NCBI GenBank assembly: GCA_964394925.1
Contig: CAYMZG010000005.1
Span: 26,873 to 90,872, forward strand
Reading direction: 5' to 3'
Source of the DNA: an uncultured Candidatus Saccharibacteria bacterium
GTDB taxonomy: Bacteria; Patescibacteriota; Saccharimonadia; Saccharimonadales; CAYLGV01
Length of the DNA: 64,000 nucleotides
The notes below the pieces were generated by a model that was not told where the DNA came from, did not search any database, and saw nothing but the letters and a program-made list of their open reading frames with translations. A program made the position numbers and the translations under genes. Shown here piece by piece: positions 53,312 to 62,865 of the stretch (the first letter of the stretch is position 1; every line of letters starts with the position of its first letter).

Positions 53312-54152
53312 AGGCGGCGAGCTTTCCCTGTAGGAAAATCTTGAGTTTAATGCTTCGCTTAACACTAAAGCGTTGAGCAGCAATTTTAGCAGCGGGTTGT
53401 TTTGATAGCTCCTCTAGAAGCGCCAGATAATAGGTGTAGGCTAGTTTTGTAGCGCCTCGGGCAGCTTTTGGTAATTGTTCTATGTAGCTGCGGGCGACTT
53501 CAAAATCGTTAGAAATGTCGTCAATCACGCGCGCTTTAATAGACTCATCGAAATTTTCAAACGAACCATACGGAAAGTAATAGCGACCACGCAAGGCAAA
53601 GTCGTCGTGGATGTCACGCAGGAAATTAACCTTTTGGAAGGCCGCTCCAAGGGCCTTGGCGCCGTCGGCCAAATCCTGATATTGTTTATCATCACCCTTT
53701 ACAAAAACACGTAGACACATTAGGCCAACCACTTCGGCAGAACCGTAAATATATGTTTCATACGTAGCCTGCGTGAATGTCGCGGGCTTAATATCTATGC
53801 GCATGCTCACAAAGAATGGCTCGAGCAGTTCTTTGCCAATGTTGTATTGGTGTGCCGTTTCGATGAAGGCGTGAATAATTATGTTGCTACTAAAGCCTCG
53901 CTTGAGGGCGGCGTACACCTCGGCCTCGAAAGCATCAAGGAGCTGCCCGGCTTCCTTGCCCTGATACGTGTCCACGATCTCATCGGCAACTCGGACTAAC
54001 CCGTAGATATTGTAGATATCTTGCTGGATAGCCTTATCGAACAATGTGATGGCCGATCCGAATGATGAGGAAAAAGTTTGTGTTAGTACCTTGCTCGCCA
54101 ATCGCGCGCTGGTGGTGTAATCAGTTGTTGTTTGGCTATTTTTTGGGCGCAC
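53301..54152 (-). CDS. crtB: phytoene synthase
   Basis: VRVADEIVD, YGSAEVVGLM and VNFLRDIHDD motifs. Confidence 0.85.
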   Translation of the reverse strand: MRPKNSQTTTDYTTSARLASKVLTQTFSSSFGSAITLFDKAIQQDIYNIYGLVRVADEIVDTYQGKEAGQLLDAFEAEVYAALKRGFSSNIIIHAFIETAHQYNIGKELLEPFFVSMRIDIKPATFTQATYETYIYGSAEVVGLMCLRVFVKGDDKQYQDLADGAKALGAAFQKVNFLRDIHDDFALRGRYYFPYGSFENFDESIKARVIDDISNDFEVARSYIEQLPKAARGATKLAYTYYLALLEELSKQPAAKIAAQRFSVKRSIKLKIFLQGKLAAYAK

Positions 54153-54202
54153 TCAAATTTCATCCCTTTACTGCTTTAAACTATAGCACAACAGAGGTGT
54201 TA

Positions 54203-55042
54203 TTAGAGCCAATCTTCCAACAGTTCGGTATGCAGGCCGGCCGCTTTTTGAGCGTTTAGGAAGGCTTGCATATCTTGTTTGAATTCAGGTCGAAAATGCA
54301 TGAGTACAATATCGCCAGGCCGCAGGCCATCACCATATTGATACTGCATTGAGCCGCCATTGGCCTTGGCGATCCAGAGTACGACAGCACGCATACCACA
54401 GGCGGCTGCGGCTCGCTGCGTATCAAGATTATAACTTCCTCCTGGTGGCCGAAACAGAATTGGTCGCTTGCCGAACTGTTGTTCAAGCAGATCAGCTTCG
54501 TCGCATATCTCAGCTTTTTGTTCAGCGTAAGACATTTTAGTAAGCAGCCTATGATTGACGGTATGATTCTCGATGACCGAACCATTGTTCGTAAATCCCT
54601 TAAAAAATGCGGGGTTATTAGCTATGAATAGATCGGCTAAGAATAATGATGCTTTTACGTGATTCGCGCGCATAAGTTGTAGCTCAAAGGCCTCTTTATG
54701 GCCGCCATCATCGATACCCAAGAAGACAACGGGCTCTTTGGTGGGCACGGTGCTAATAACTGGCGCAATACCATCAATCACTGGTGGAATGCTCGAGTCA
54801 TGCTTCACCTTTGGAGCAACCAACGTACTATCGATTGGGAGCTGTTGCAACGGCAAGGGCTCGTCACGGGTCTCATAACGAGATGTAGCCAGTGGCTCTG
54901 AGCCGGCATGAGGTGAAAAATACAAGTTTAAGAAGATGCTATATACAAGAGTGACCAGGATAAGACATATTACAAAAAACCATCCTGCCCAGAACTGCTT
55001 AGCGGGTTTTTGGGGCGATGTTCTAACGTATGAAATCACCAT
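54203..55042 (-). CDS. polysaccharide deacetylase (NodB homology domain), membrane-anchored
   Basis: FLGIDDGG, NHTVNH and LFRPPGG motifs. Confidence 0.8.
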   Translation of the reverse strand: MVISYVRTSPQKPAKQFWAGWFFVICLILVTLVYSIFLNLYFSPHAGSEPLATSRYETRDEPLPLQQLPIDSTLVAPKVKHDSSIPPVIDGIAPVISTVPTKEPVVFLGIDDGGHKEAFELQLMRANHVKASLFLADLFIANNPAFFKGFTNNGSVIENHTVNHRLLTKMSYAEQKAEICDEADLLEQQFGKRPILFRPPGGSYNLDTQRAAAACGMRAVVLWIAKANGGSMQYQYGDGLRPGDIVLMHFRPEFKQDMQAFLNAQKAAGLHTELLEDWL

Positions 55043-55104
55043 AGAACATATATTATACCAGTATTTTACGTTTTATGCTAGTGCTGCATTGTATTTGAGT
55101 AGCA

Positions 55105-55761
55105 TTAATTGTGCGAGGATTCGTGTGGGTCCTGAAGCAGCAATGCCAACTCATAGAATGGTCTTGCCTGTTTTTGGTCTAGTTTTGGAATGTAACCCAT
55201 ACTCAGCGATGCCTGATGAAGAGCATAATCCATACTTACCTTGGACATTTTTTCTTTTTTGTTTCTTGGTTCACGAATGCTGTGGAGTAGACGATGAGTA
55301 TGGAGCGAAACCGTAACTATCCGTATACCCTCAACCTCAATAACGACCGGCTCCATGATTGCAGGATGGATGAGTTTTTCGAAGCCGACCTTCTTGCTGC
55401 GCAAATGCCAGTTACCACTTTCGTTAGTAAGAGAAACTTCTTCATTCGCAAAAGCTGCATCGTCAACTTCCATGTCCCCCATCACTTCTGCCAGTGTGAC
55501 CATTGGTCGTTTTGTGCCAAGCACATCTATATCAGGGGCATGTGCTATGGCAACTCCAATTTCAAGCTGATCTCGAAACTCAAGATAGGCATCACCAGTC
55601 GTATCTTGCATGATGGCCATTCGGCCAATCGAGCCAACAATTCTGGCATGTTCATCACGTTGTAGTGACTCTATCTGCGACGCATAGTCGGTAAGTTCAA
55701 ATGGCAGCCCTTCTTTGATCATGTCTGCACTATATATCTCGTGCTGCCAGGTAGCAAGCAC
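55105..55761 (-). CDS. hypothetical protein
   Basis: 218-aa ORF with a GTG start. An alternative ATG lies at 55722. Confidence 0.45.
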   Translation of the reverse strand: MLATWQHEIYSADMIKEGLPFELTDYASQIESLQRDEHARIVGSIGRMAIMQDTTGDAYLEFRDQLEIGVAIAHAPDIDVLGTKRPMVTLAEVMGDMEVDDAAFANEEVSLTNESGNWHLRSKKVGFEKLIHPAIMEPVVIEVEGIRIVTVSLHTHRLLHSIREPRNKKEKMSKVSMDYALHQASLSMGYIPKLDQKQARPFYELALLLQDPHESSHN

Positions 55762-55896
55762 GAGCGAGATGCTACACTACACGTCAGAATAATGGTGTAA
55801 ATGATAAAGCGATCTCTGCCAGCCAAGCCACGGCTTCGGCGCAGTATATTGCAAGCTAGCCGTAATACCCTATGTTAACCTTTGTTCACATACATG

Positions 55897-56466
55897 CTAG
55901 CGTGGCGGCGAACCGTGGTGGAAGTTGCCAATTACAGCCAGCGCTAAAGCGAGCAGCATAACGGTAATCACAATTGAGGTCAAGGCGATGATTATTACCC
56001 GATAGGTTGTTGATCTACCTTGGTAGATGTTAGTGCCAGCTTCAAGCTTATGTGGGTTTACTAACAGCATAAGGCCCAGGGCAGCCCATGAAAAAACGGC
56101 GAAAGCCGTGGTTATCAGGAAGTCTTTATCTAAGCCTTGTGGTACGGTATGACCTTGATATATCTTCACATGTATATGATCACCAACTTTGTAGTCATTT
56201 TGGTAATACAACTCCATCTTGTATTCGCTTCCGCCCGATGCAGGTTGGACGGTGTAAGTGTACACATCCATATATGATGATGTACGGTAGTCGGTGTAGC
56301 GTGACTCATACGTTTTATCAGTTACGGTTCCATTTACCACGGTACCGTATATATGAGATCGCGCACCCTTGAACGTAAGGAATGTTAACGCTGCAGTTAG
56401 AAGTACAAGTGTTATAAGTGCCAAGACATACTTCTTCATATTAAACTGCGAATTGTTGCTTGCCAT
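55897..56466 (-). CDS. membrane protein (DUF3592-like topology)
   Basis: TM segment, a beta-rich loop, then two TM segments. The start is uncertain: ATG at 56466 or 56439. Confidence 0.5.
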   Translation of the reverse strand: MASNNSQFNMKKYVLALITLVLLTAALTFLTFKGARSHIYGTVVNGTVTDKTYESRYTDYRTSSYMDVYTYTVQPASGGSEYKMELYYQNDYKVGDHIHVKIYQGHTVPQGLDKDFLITTAFAVFSWAALGLMLLVNPHKLEAGTNIYQGRSTTYRVIIIALTSIVITVMLLALALAVIGNFHHGSPPR

Positions 56467-56641
56467 GCTGTGAGTATAGCAAACAAGGGTTAGACGAGTG
56501 CTATAACCATAAGAATTTGCAATCAAAGCCGATTGATGATAATATTACTGTATTGTATTTGATGGATCCGGGTTGGTTAGATGTTACTCGATTTCAGCAA
56601 TCGCAAGTCAACACATAACTAACAACAAGGATTCTATTTTT

Positions 56642-57868
56642 ATGCCTTATAGTTCAAGAAGTTACTCTACCCGCCGAGGCGGCAACAATTTTAACCGTGG
56701 TGGAAGTGCATCATACGGTGGTTCGCGTGGTGGCGGGCGCCAAAATAATCGACGTGGTCCAAAAAAGGACTACATAGATCCAAGTAGGTTTATTAAGGTC
56801 GCCCAACCCGTCGAGGCAGAATCATACACACCTCAGCATAGCTTTGATGACTTTCAGGTCCACGCCCTACTTAAGCAAAATCTTCGGGCTAAAAATTACC
56901 GTTTGCCGTCACCAATTCAGGATAAGACCATACCGCATGCGCTGGCTGGTCGAGACGTTATTGGCATTGCTGATACGGGTACTGGTAAAACGGCGGCTTT
57001 TGCCATTCCTTTGCTCAACGCAGCAATGAACAGTGGCGCCAAGGCATTGATTGTTGCGCCAACTCGTGAGCTCGCTCAACAGATTGAAGTTGAGCTGCGC
57101 TCGATCGCGCGTGGCAGTCGCTTGCGCGGTGCGCTGCTGATTGGTGGCACGGGCATGGGCTCACAACTGCGAGACCTGAGCGCCAAGCCACAGATTGTCA
57201 TTGGTACGCCTGGTCGCATTAAAGATCATCTTGATCGTGGCAGCCTGAATCTGGCCGACTTTAATATGGTGGTACTCGACGAAGTTGATCGCATGCTCGA
57301 CATGGGCTTTGTTAACGATATGCAAACCATTTTGGCCGAACTGCACCCTGAGCGTCAGTCGCTTTTCTTCTCGGCAACGCTTGATACGCGTGTTAATAAT
57401 TTGATTTCATCATTCTCGAATGACCCCATAACAATATCTATTAAATCAGGTGACACGAGTGAGAACGTTCACCAGAACGTGGTCTATGTAAATCACCAAG
57501 CCGAGAAAATCGAAACCCTTCATGACCTGCTTATTAATGGTGAGATTCAAAAAGCTATTATTTTTGATGATACACAGCGGAGTGTTGAACGATTGTCTGA
57601 CGAGCTTGTTAAGCGTGGCCTCAAAGCCGATGCAATTCACGGCGGTCGCAGTCAAGGTCAACGCCAGCGCGCTCTTGCCAAGTTCAAACAAAGTGAAGTT
57701 GACATTCTTGTGGCGACCGATGTTGCTGCTCGTGGCATAGACGTGTCTGATATTACGCACGTGATCAACTACTCAACCCCACAGTCATATGCCGACTACG
57801 TGCACCGCATTGGTCGCGCTGGCCGTGCCGGTCGAGTTGGCTATGCGCTTACGTTTGTAACTCGCTAG
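56642..57868 (+). CDS. DEAD-box ATP-dependent RNA helicase with Arg/Gly-rich N-terminus
   Basis: ADTGTGKT, PTRELA, DEVD, SAT and HRIGRAGRAG motifs. Confidence 0.9.
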   Translation: MPYSSRSYSTRRGGNNFNRGGSASYGGSRGGGRQNNRRGPKKDYIDPSRFIKVAQPVEAESYTPQHSFDDFQVHALLKQNLRAKNYRLPSPIQDKTIPHALAGRDVIGIADTGTGKTAAFAIPLLNAAMNSGAKALIVAPTRELAQQIEVELRSIARGSRLRGALLIGGTGMGSQLRDLSAKPQIVIGTPGRIKDHLDRGSLNLADFNMVVLDEVDRMLDMGFVNDMQTILAELHPERQSLFFSATLDTRVNNLISSFSNDPITISIKSGDTSENVHQNVVYVNHQAEKIETLHDLLINGEIQKAIIFDDTQRSVERLSDELVKRGLKADAIHGGRSQGQRQRALAKFKQSEVDILVATDVAARGIDVSDITHVINYSTPQSYADYVHRIGRAGRAGRVGYALTFVTR

Positions 57869-57931
57869 TTGCTTGTAGGTCTATCCTCATGTGCGCCTAT
57901 CTATCGTACTAATAAATACCTAGCACAGTAG

Positions 57932-58513
57932 CTAGAAGATGATGTTCGTTGACGGCAGAGATGCTTTAAGTTTGCTGATTTGCTCGGCACTCAATGGGTT
58001 TCCTGTTAAGTTGAAGGTTTTGAGGTTATTCTTTAAGTTGCTTAACTCATTGGGCAGACCAGTTATCTTATTGTTACTGTAATTAAGAGTTTCAAGGTTA
58101 CTTAACTGACCAATCTCGGCTGGCATACCCGTCATATTGTTGTTGCTTACATCTAGTGTTTCTAGTTTCGACATTTGCCTTACTTCACCAATAAGACTAC
58201 CCTCAAGAATATTATTGTTAATTTTCAGGACTCGCAGGTTTGTCATTCTGCCCATCTCTGAGGGCAGCGTTTTTATGCTGTTGTTGGATAGCAGAAGGTC
58301 AGTAGTAGCCGTTTTGTTGTATATGTCTGCGGTTACCTTGGTTAGGCCTTTGTTACTTAGGTCTAAAATGGTGGCATTCGGTGTAGTCGTATCTGAGTTA
58401 GTCGAAGACGCTACTGGCGTGTTTGAGCTGTTTCGGCTCGTGCCTACTCGATATCCGAAATAGCCTCCTCCTATTACCAGCAACACGACCAGAATTCCAA
58501 GAAAATATTTCAC
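57932..58513 (-). CDS. leucine-rich repeat protein, membrane-anchored or secreted
   Basis: N-terminal TM segment, then about six LxxLxLxxNxIxxLP repeats. Confidence 0.8.
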   Translation of the reverse strand: MKYFLGILVVLLVIGGGYFGYRVGTSRNSSNTPVASSTNSDTTTPNATILDLSNKGLTKVTADIYNKTATTDLLLSNNSIKTLPSEMGRMTNLRVLKINNNILEGSLIGEVRQMSKLETLDVSNNNMTGMPAEIGQLSNLETLNYSNNKITGLPNELSNLKNNLKTFNLTGNPLSAEQISKLKASLPSTNIIF

Positions 58514-58546
58514 TACTTATATTGTAGCAAACCAACTAATTATTAC

Positions 58547-58933
58547 TTAACGGTTGAAGAAGTCTAATATTCTGCCAGCAAAGATAGAGATACGGGGGTG
58601 ACGTATCTCCGGACTACTGCACATTTTTGAGGGCGTTGGGCTATCCTTTACGGGTTGGTGTTGGTAACCCGAGCAGTTGGCAGTTAGCTCTGCTAGATCA
58701 GCTCGATTATCTGTTACGACATCCTCGACTATGCCGAAAACACGGCACGTGCTGCGGCCCATTCTAAATGCCAAATTCATTGAATAGTTGGCATCCCTTA
58801 CAATTTCTGCTGCCAGAATTGTTGCATTCGGACAGCCGAAACATTGCAAACACCCCTCTTCAGACATGGCGGCTTGCACTTCAGCACGGTCTTGTCCTAA
58901 TAGTATACGTTCAAGTCTTGTCCCGGGTTTCAT
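58547..58933 (-). CDS. hypothetical Cys-containing protein
   Basis: The start was moved to MKPGTRLE, 4 nt after the upstream stop. Confidence 0.4.
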   Translation of the reverse strand: MKPGTRLERILLGQDRAEVQAAMSEEGCLQCFGCPNATILAAEIVRDANYSMNLAFRMGRSTCRVFGIVEDVVTDNRADLAELTANCSGYQHQPVKDSPTPSKMCSSPEIRHPRISIFAGRILDFFNR

Positions 58934-58937
58934 TGCG

Positions 58938-59540
58938 TTACTGAGATTCAATACTGACGGTGCGTATCTGAACCGCACCTTGCTTAACTACTACGTCACC
59001 GACGATTGCGAGCCGTTGATGCTGTGGTGTTAAATTCGCTGGGGTAATAATGGGCGTCCAGGCTGTACACACAGTAGAAAATTGTGACGTAAGGGGTGAG
59101 GTAGAAACAAAATCATGGGGGTCTACTTCAAGGCCATAAGGATAACCTGGCAGAATGGTGTACTCCCCTGTCCATATTTGTATTTTAGCTTTCACACCGT
59201 AGGGTGCGAGATCGCGCGCGTTGATGCAGTAACGCTTTGAAGTACTGGCTGCTGAGAAGTTCTTTTGTAGGGTGAATTCAATATCACTGTCATTGCCGTC
59301 GTTAACACTGTTGCTGTAGGTGGCCCAACCCTGATCGTATGTAAGTTTGCCACCCGTTGCACGTATGCTAACAGGCTTGTTCGTAAGCAGCGTACCATCT
59401 TCAACTTGAACACCACCTAGGTACTGTGTAATCTGAGATGTTTTAACTGCTGCTTCAACACCTCGCACTGCAAATATACTAATAGTCAAAACTGCTAAAA
59501 CAAAGACATAACGAAATTTAATCATTAGCCTATTATACAA
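58938..59540 (-). CDS. secreted hypothetical protein
   Basis: Signal-like N-terminus FRYVFVLAVLTISIFAVRGVEA. Confidence 0.55.
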   Translation of the reverse strand: MYNRLMIKFRYVFVLAVLTISIFAVRGVEAAVKTSQITQYLGGVQVEDGTLLTNKPVSIRATGGKLTYDQGWATYSNSVNDGNDSDIEFTLQKNFSAASTSKRYCINARDLAPYGVKAKIQIWTGEYTILPGYPYGLEVDPHDFVSTSPLTSQFSTVCTAWTPIITPANLTPQHQRLAIVGDVVVKQGAVQIRTVSIESQ

Positions 59541-59553
59541 TTAAAGACTGCTA

Positions 59554-60093
59554 TTAGTCAACTAGTTCGAGTTGTACATTTTGCCAGACTAAGCCGTCCT
59601 GATCTTTCTGTGGTGTGCCTACTGGCTCAAAGCCCATGTCCTTCAAAAGCGTGGCAGCAGCCGTGTTGTCTGCAAGATGACGCGAGAATACTTGCAACTC
59701 TCCCTGGTCATTTAGGAAGTCTATGACTGCTTTTGCTGAAGCTGAACCAACACCTTTGCCCCGCATGTTTGGATCGCCAATCATTATGTGCACCGACGGA
59801 GCTGGTACGCCTTCTTTCTCGATCAGATCTACCCAAATGGCCCCTACCACACTGTCGTCATAGGCAATTGCCCAATTAAGCTGCTCGGTCGTTTCTAGAA
59901 ATTCTTCTACCCGTTCTTTTTCTTTATCCAGATCCGACGCATGATTGTCTTTATCTGGTACGCCCATGAGCTTGAGCGTGCTCCTGCCCAGTTCACCATC
60001 CAGCCACATTACACTTATGGGCGCGTCCCGTTCAACATTCGGCTCGATTAGTCTTACGTGTGTATTCTGAGTTACAAGGTCGGGTGCTTTCAT
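59554..60093 (-). CDS. GNAT-family N-acetyltransferase
   Basis: MRGKGVGSASAKAVIDFL acetyl-CoA binding motif. Confidence 0.8.
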   Translation of the reverse strand: MKAPDLVTQNTHVRLIEPNVERDAPISVMWLDGELGRSTLKLMGVPDKDNHASDLDKEKERVEEFLETTEQLNWAIAYDDSVVGAIWVDLIEKEGVPAPSVHIMIGDPNMRGKGVGSASAKAVIDFLNDQGELQVFSRHLADNTAAATLLKDMGFEPVGTPQKDQDGLVWQNVQLELVD

Positions 60094-60139
60094 GTAGGCA
60101 GTATATCAGTAGCTCACATGTCGCGTATAAATTGTCGTT

Positions 60140-60991
60140 TTAAAAAATGGATAGAATTGCATCGATTTCTTGGCGTGCAATAAAATGACCAGACTCGTCG
60201 ATTAGGTTAAGCTGAGATTTGGGGATCTGCTTATCGAGTACCTCAGCCCAGGCAAATGGCACCAGAGTATCGTCGCGCCCCTGCCAAATACTTGTTGGCA
60301 CCTTGATCTCGCTCGGCTTAAAACCCCAGGGCTTGTTAAACACCCGATATTCTTCGATCATGCCACTTGGTTTTCGGAGGGCTTCTTTGGTGGGGGTTAC
60401 AAAATCAAATGACTGATCTTCAATAACCGTCTGGTCTGCTTTGCACAGTTGTCGGGCAGATACGCGTCGCCACATTTTTGGCGTACATCGTACAAATAAG
60501 CTCATAAGTGCATAGGTAAGCCAATTGAGCCATGGGACATTATGAGCAAAGCGAGACAGGCGTCTGTCCATGGGATTCAGTTCTTCGAAGTTCTTTCGCT
60601 GCGACAGATCCAAACATGATGCGATTAATACCAGGTGGCTGACTTGCTTTGGTATGGAATGAGCACAGGCCATAGCGTACTGACCACCCATTGACCATCC
60701 AAGTACGCCAAACTTCTTGAGTTTCAGTTGAGACGCCAGCTCGCCGACATCGTTTGCCCAGTCGGTCATGGTGCGGCCTTTTTGTACCGAAGAGTAGCCA
60801 ATGCCCGGCCTATCCGGTGAAATGATCCGTACACCCTTTTTCTTCGCAGCTGCCTGTGCCCAGGCTACATCTAGACGGTTAACTAACCCGCCGTGACAAT
60901 TAATAACTGGATAGCCCTTAGGATCACCGAACTCGGAGTATGCCAACTGGCGACCATCCCGTAGAGTGATGGTTTTATATGTGTATTTCAT
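60140..60991 (-). CDS. alpha/beta hydrolase
   Basis: Nucleophile elbow GWSMGG and a C-terminal GHF motif. Confidence 0.85.
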   Translation of the reverse strand: MKYTYKTITLRDGRQLAYSEFGDPKGYPVINCHGGLVNRLDVAWAQAAAKKKGVRIISPDRPGIGYSSVQKGRTMTDWANDVGELASQLKLKKFGVLGWSMGGQYAMACAHSIPKQVSHLVLIASCLDLSQRKNFEELNPMDRRLSRFAHNVPWLNWLTYALMSLFVRCTPKMWRRVSARQLCKADQTVIEDQSFDFVTPTKEALRKPSGMIEEYRVFNKPWGFKPSEIKVPTSIWQGRDDTLVPFAWAEVLDKQIPKSQLNLIDESGHFIARQEIDAILSIF

Positions 60992-61004
60992 GGGTCAACC
61001 TAGT

Positions 61005-61469
61005 TTATAATTTATCCGCCGCCTGCTCGGCTCTTGTGCCCGAGACTACAAGTTTTACCGTATCAAGAATATCCCGCTGAAATGCAATCTGTTCTTCCAG
61101 CCCATTTGGTAGTGGAAATACAGCTCCACTCTCACCGATTTCAAACTTCTGATCGCTACCCGACACTATCTTATACCGATCTTCGTCAATCTCAACCTCT
61201 TTAACTTCAAGCACAGTTGTAAGGTACTTCCCGCTCCATTGTTGTAATTGCGCCCTCATCTGGCATCTTTCTGCTTGGTCTTCGACCCTGTACAGTACCG
61301 GTTTTGAAAAATGGTGAGTTGCAAATATGATGCCTCGGCGCGGTTTTGGTAGAATGCTTGCGATTGACTCTGCGGTTTGACGCTGAAGGTCTTGAAGCTC
61401 TGCAATTTTTTCAGGGTCTCCAATAAGTTTACGTGGTTGCTCAGGTTTTTTTGGTCCGATTGGTGGCAT
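61005..61469 (-). CDS. hypothetical protein
   Basis: 154-aa ORF with no recognised motif. Confidence 0.45.
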   Translation of the reverse strand: MPPIGPKKPEQPRKLIGDPEKIAELQDLQRQTAESIASILPKPRRGIIFATHHFSKPVLYRVEDQAERCQMRAQLQQWSGKYLTTVLEVKEVEIDEDRYKIVSGSDQKFEIGESGAVFPLPNGLEEQIAFQRDILDTVKLVVSGTRAEQAADKL

Positions 61470-61581
61470 AATAACTCCTCTATTAAGTTACAGTATCTTC
61501 TAGAAACTAAACGTTGGCAAGCATAAGCGTGATTAGTCGAAAAGTAGTTATGACGAATCCAATGGAGTTAATTAGCAGGCT

Positions 61582-62118
61582 TTACGCCCTGCACAATTCG
61601 GCTAGCTTCTTGGTTGTGTTAGCGTTTCGAATGGTGATGAATTGATACGCACTCGTGCCAACGATTTTGTTATAGCGAGTGCGGCCAAACGTCTCGAGTG
61701 GGGCAGACCAAAAGATGATTGGACCGCGCGCAGCCACCCGCTCGTACTCAGGCTTCGCCTCGCCTACCTCGTGCATTATTTGCGCGGCTGTTCGCGGTGC
61801 AATAATAAATAGGGCGTTATGTTTTGCTTCACTGTTATCCCACCATTTTGGAGCCTGGTGCACCGCATCTTGTAGCTCGTTGGCTGAAATTACTGCACAG
61901 ACCACACGGAAGCCAAACTGTTTCTCGATAGCTTGTTCGCATAATGCCACTAGTTTTACGCGATCGGTTTCGGTGGATTCAAAAATAACGTTTCCGGAAT
62001 TTATGTAGGTGCTCACTTCTTTCAGGCCGGCCACTTCAAAGCAGGCTCGCAAGGCGGGCATTGCTACACGGTTTTTACCGCCCACGTTTATGCCTCTTAG
62101 TAAGGCTACGAATTTCAT
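61582..62118 (-). CDS. DUF1697 protein
   Basis: MKFVALLRGINVGGKNRVAM N-terminus. Confidence 0.75.
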   Translation of the reverse strand: MKFVALLRGINVGGKNRVAMPALRACFEVAGLKEVSTYINSGNVIFESTETDRVKLVALCEQAIEKQFGFRVVCAVISANELQDAVHQAPKWWDNSEAKHNALFIIAPRTAAQIMHEVGEAKPEYERVAARGPIIFWSAPLETFGRTRYNKIVGTSAYQFITIRNANTTKKLAELCRA

Positions 62119-62197
62119 GCCTGTATTATACAAAACCTTGCGTTCGTCTCGGTATTTCTTTTCTAGTTATTGCCTAGTTTCGGGCTATACTTTACGC

Positions 62198-62791
62198 ATG
62201 AGTACGCTTTGCTTTGCCACGACCAACCAAGACAAGATCCAGATTGCACAAACAGTATGCAAGGGCACCGGTTTTGAAATTAAGCCGGTTGCTTTAGATA
62301 TTGACGAGATTCAGGGCGAAGATCCAGAAGTAATTGTGCGCGACAAAGCTAAACGAGCGTTTGAGCAGCTTGGTATGCCCGTGATTGTGAGTGATGACAG
62401 CTGGCAGATCCGTGCGCTAAAGGGCTTCCCCGGTGCATATATGAAATCCATTAACTATTGGTTTACGCCAGATGATTTCTTGCGGCTCATGGGTGGTGTC
62501 GAAGATCGCCACATTGCCATACATCAATACCTTGCCTACACCGATGGTAATGTTACTGAGGTCTTTCGGAATGTCATTGAAGGAAAAATAATACATGAAG
62601 CGCGTGGCGTAAATGAAAAAGCACCAAACATGACTGTGACCGTCCTCGATTCCGATAACGGCAAAACGATTGCCGAAGTCTTCGAACACGGCGCTGATGC
62701 TGTAGCTGAACGTTACAGAAAACGACGAGATGCTTGGCACGAGTTTGTGGATTGGTATGTCTCCACTGACCAACGTAAGCAGGTTGGCTAA
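62198..62791 (+). CDS. non-canonical purine NTP pyrophosphatase (HAM1/RdgB family)-like
   Basis: FATTNQDKIQIA...DEIQGEDPE...VSDDSWQIRALKGFPGAYMK. The start was moved to MSTLCF. Confidence 0.7.
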   Translation: MSTLCFATTNQDKIQIAQTVCKGTGFEIKPVALDIDEIQGEDPEVIVRDKAKRAFEQLGMPVIVSDDSWQIRALKGFPGAYMKSINYWFTPDDFLRLMGGVEDRHIAIHQYLAYTDGNVTEVFRNVIEGKIIHEARGVNEKAPNMTVTVLDSDNGKTIAEVFEHGADAVAERYRKRRDAWHEFVDWYVSTDQRKQVG

Positions 62792-62865
62792 AATCACTCA
62801 CTGAACGAACCTCTACTCGAATTGTAGTGTGTTCAAAATGTTTTTTAATAGCTATGTCTCTAGCA

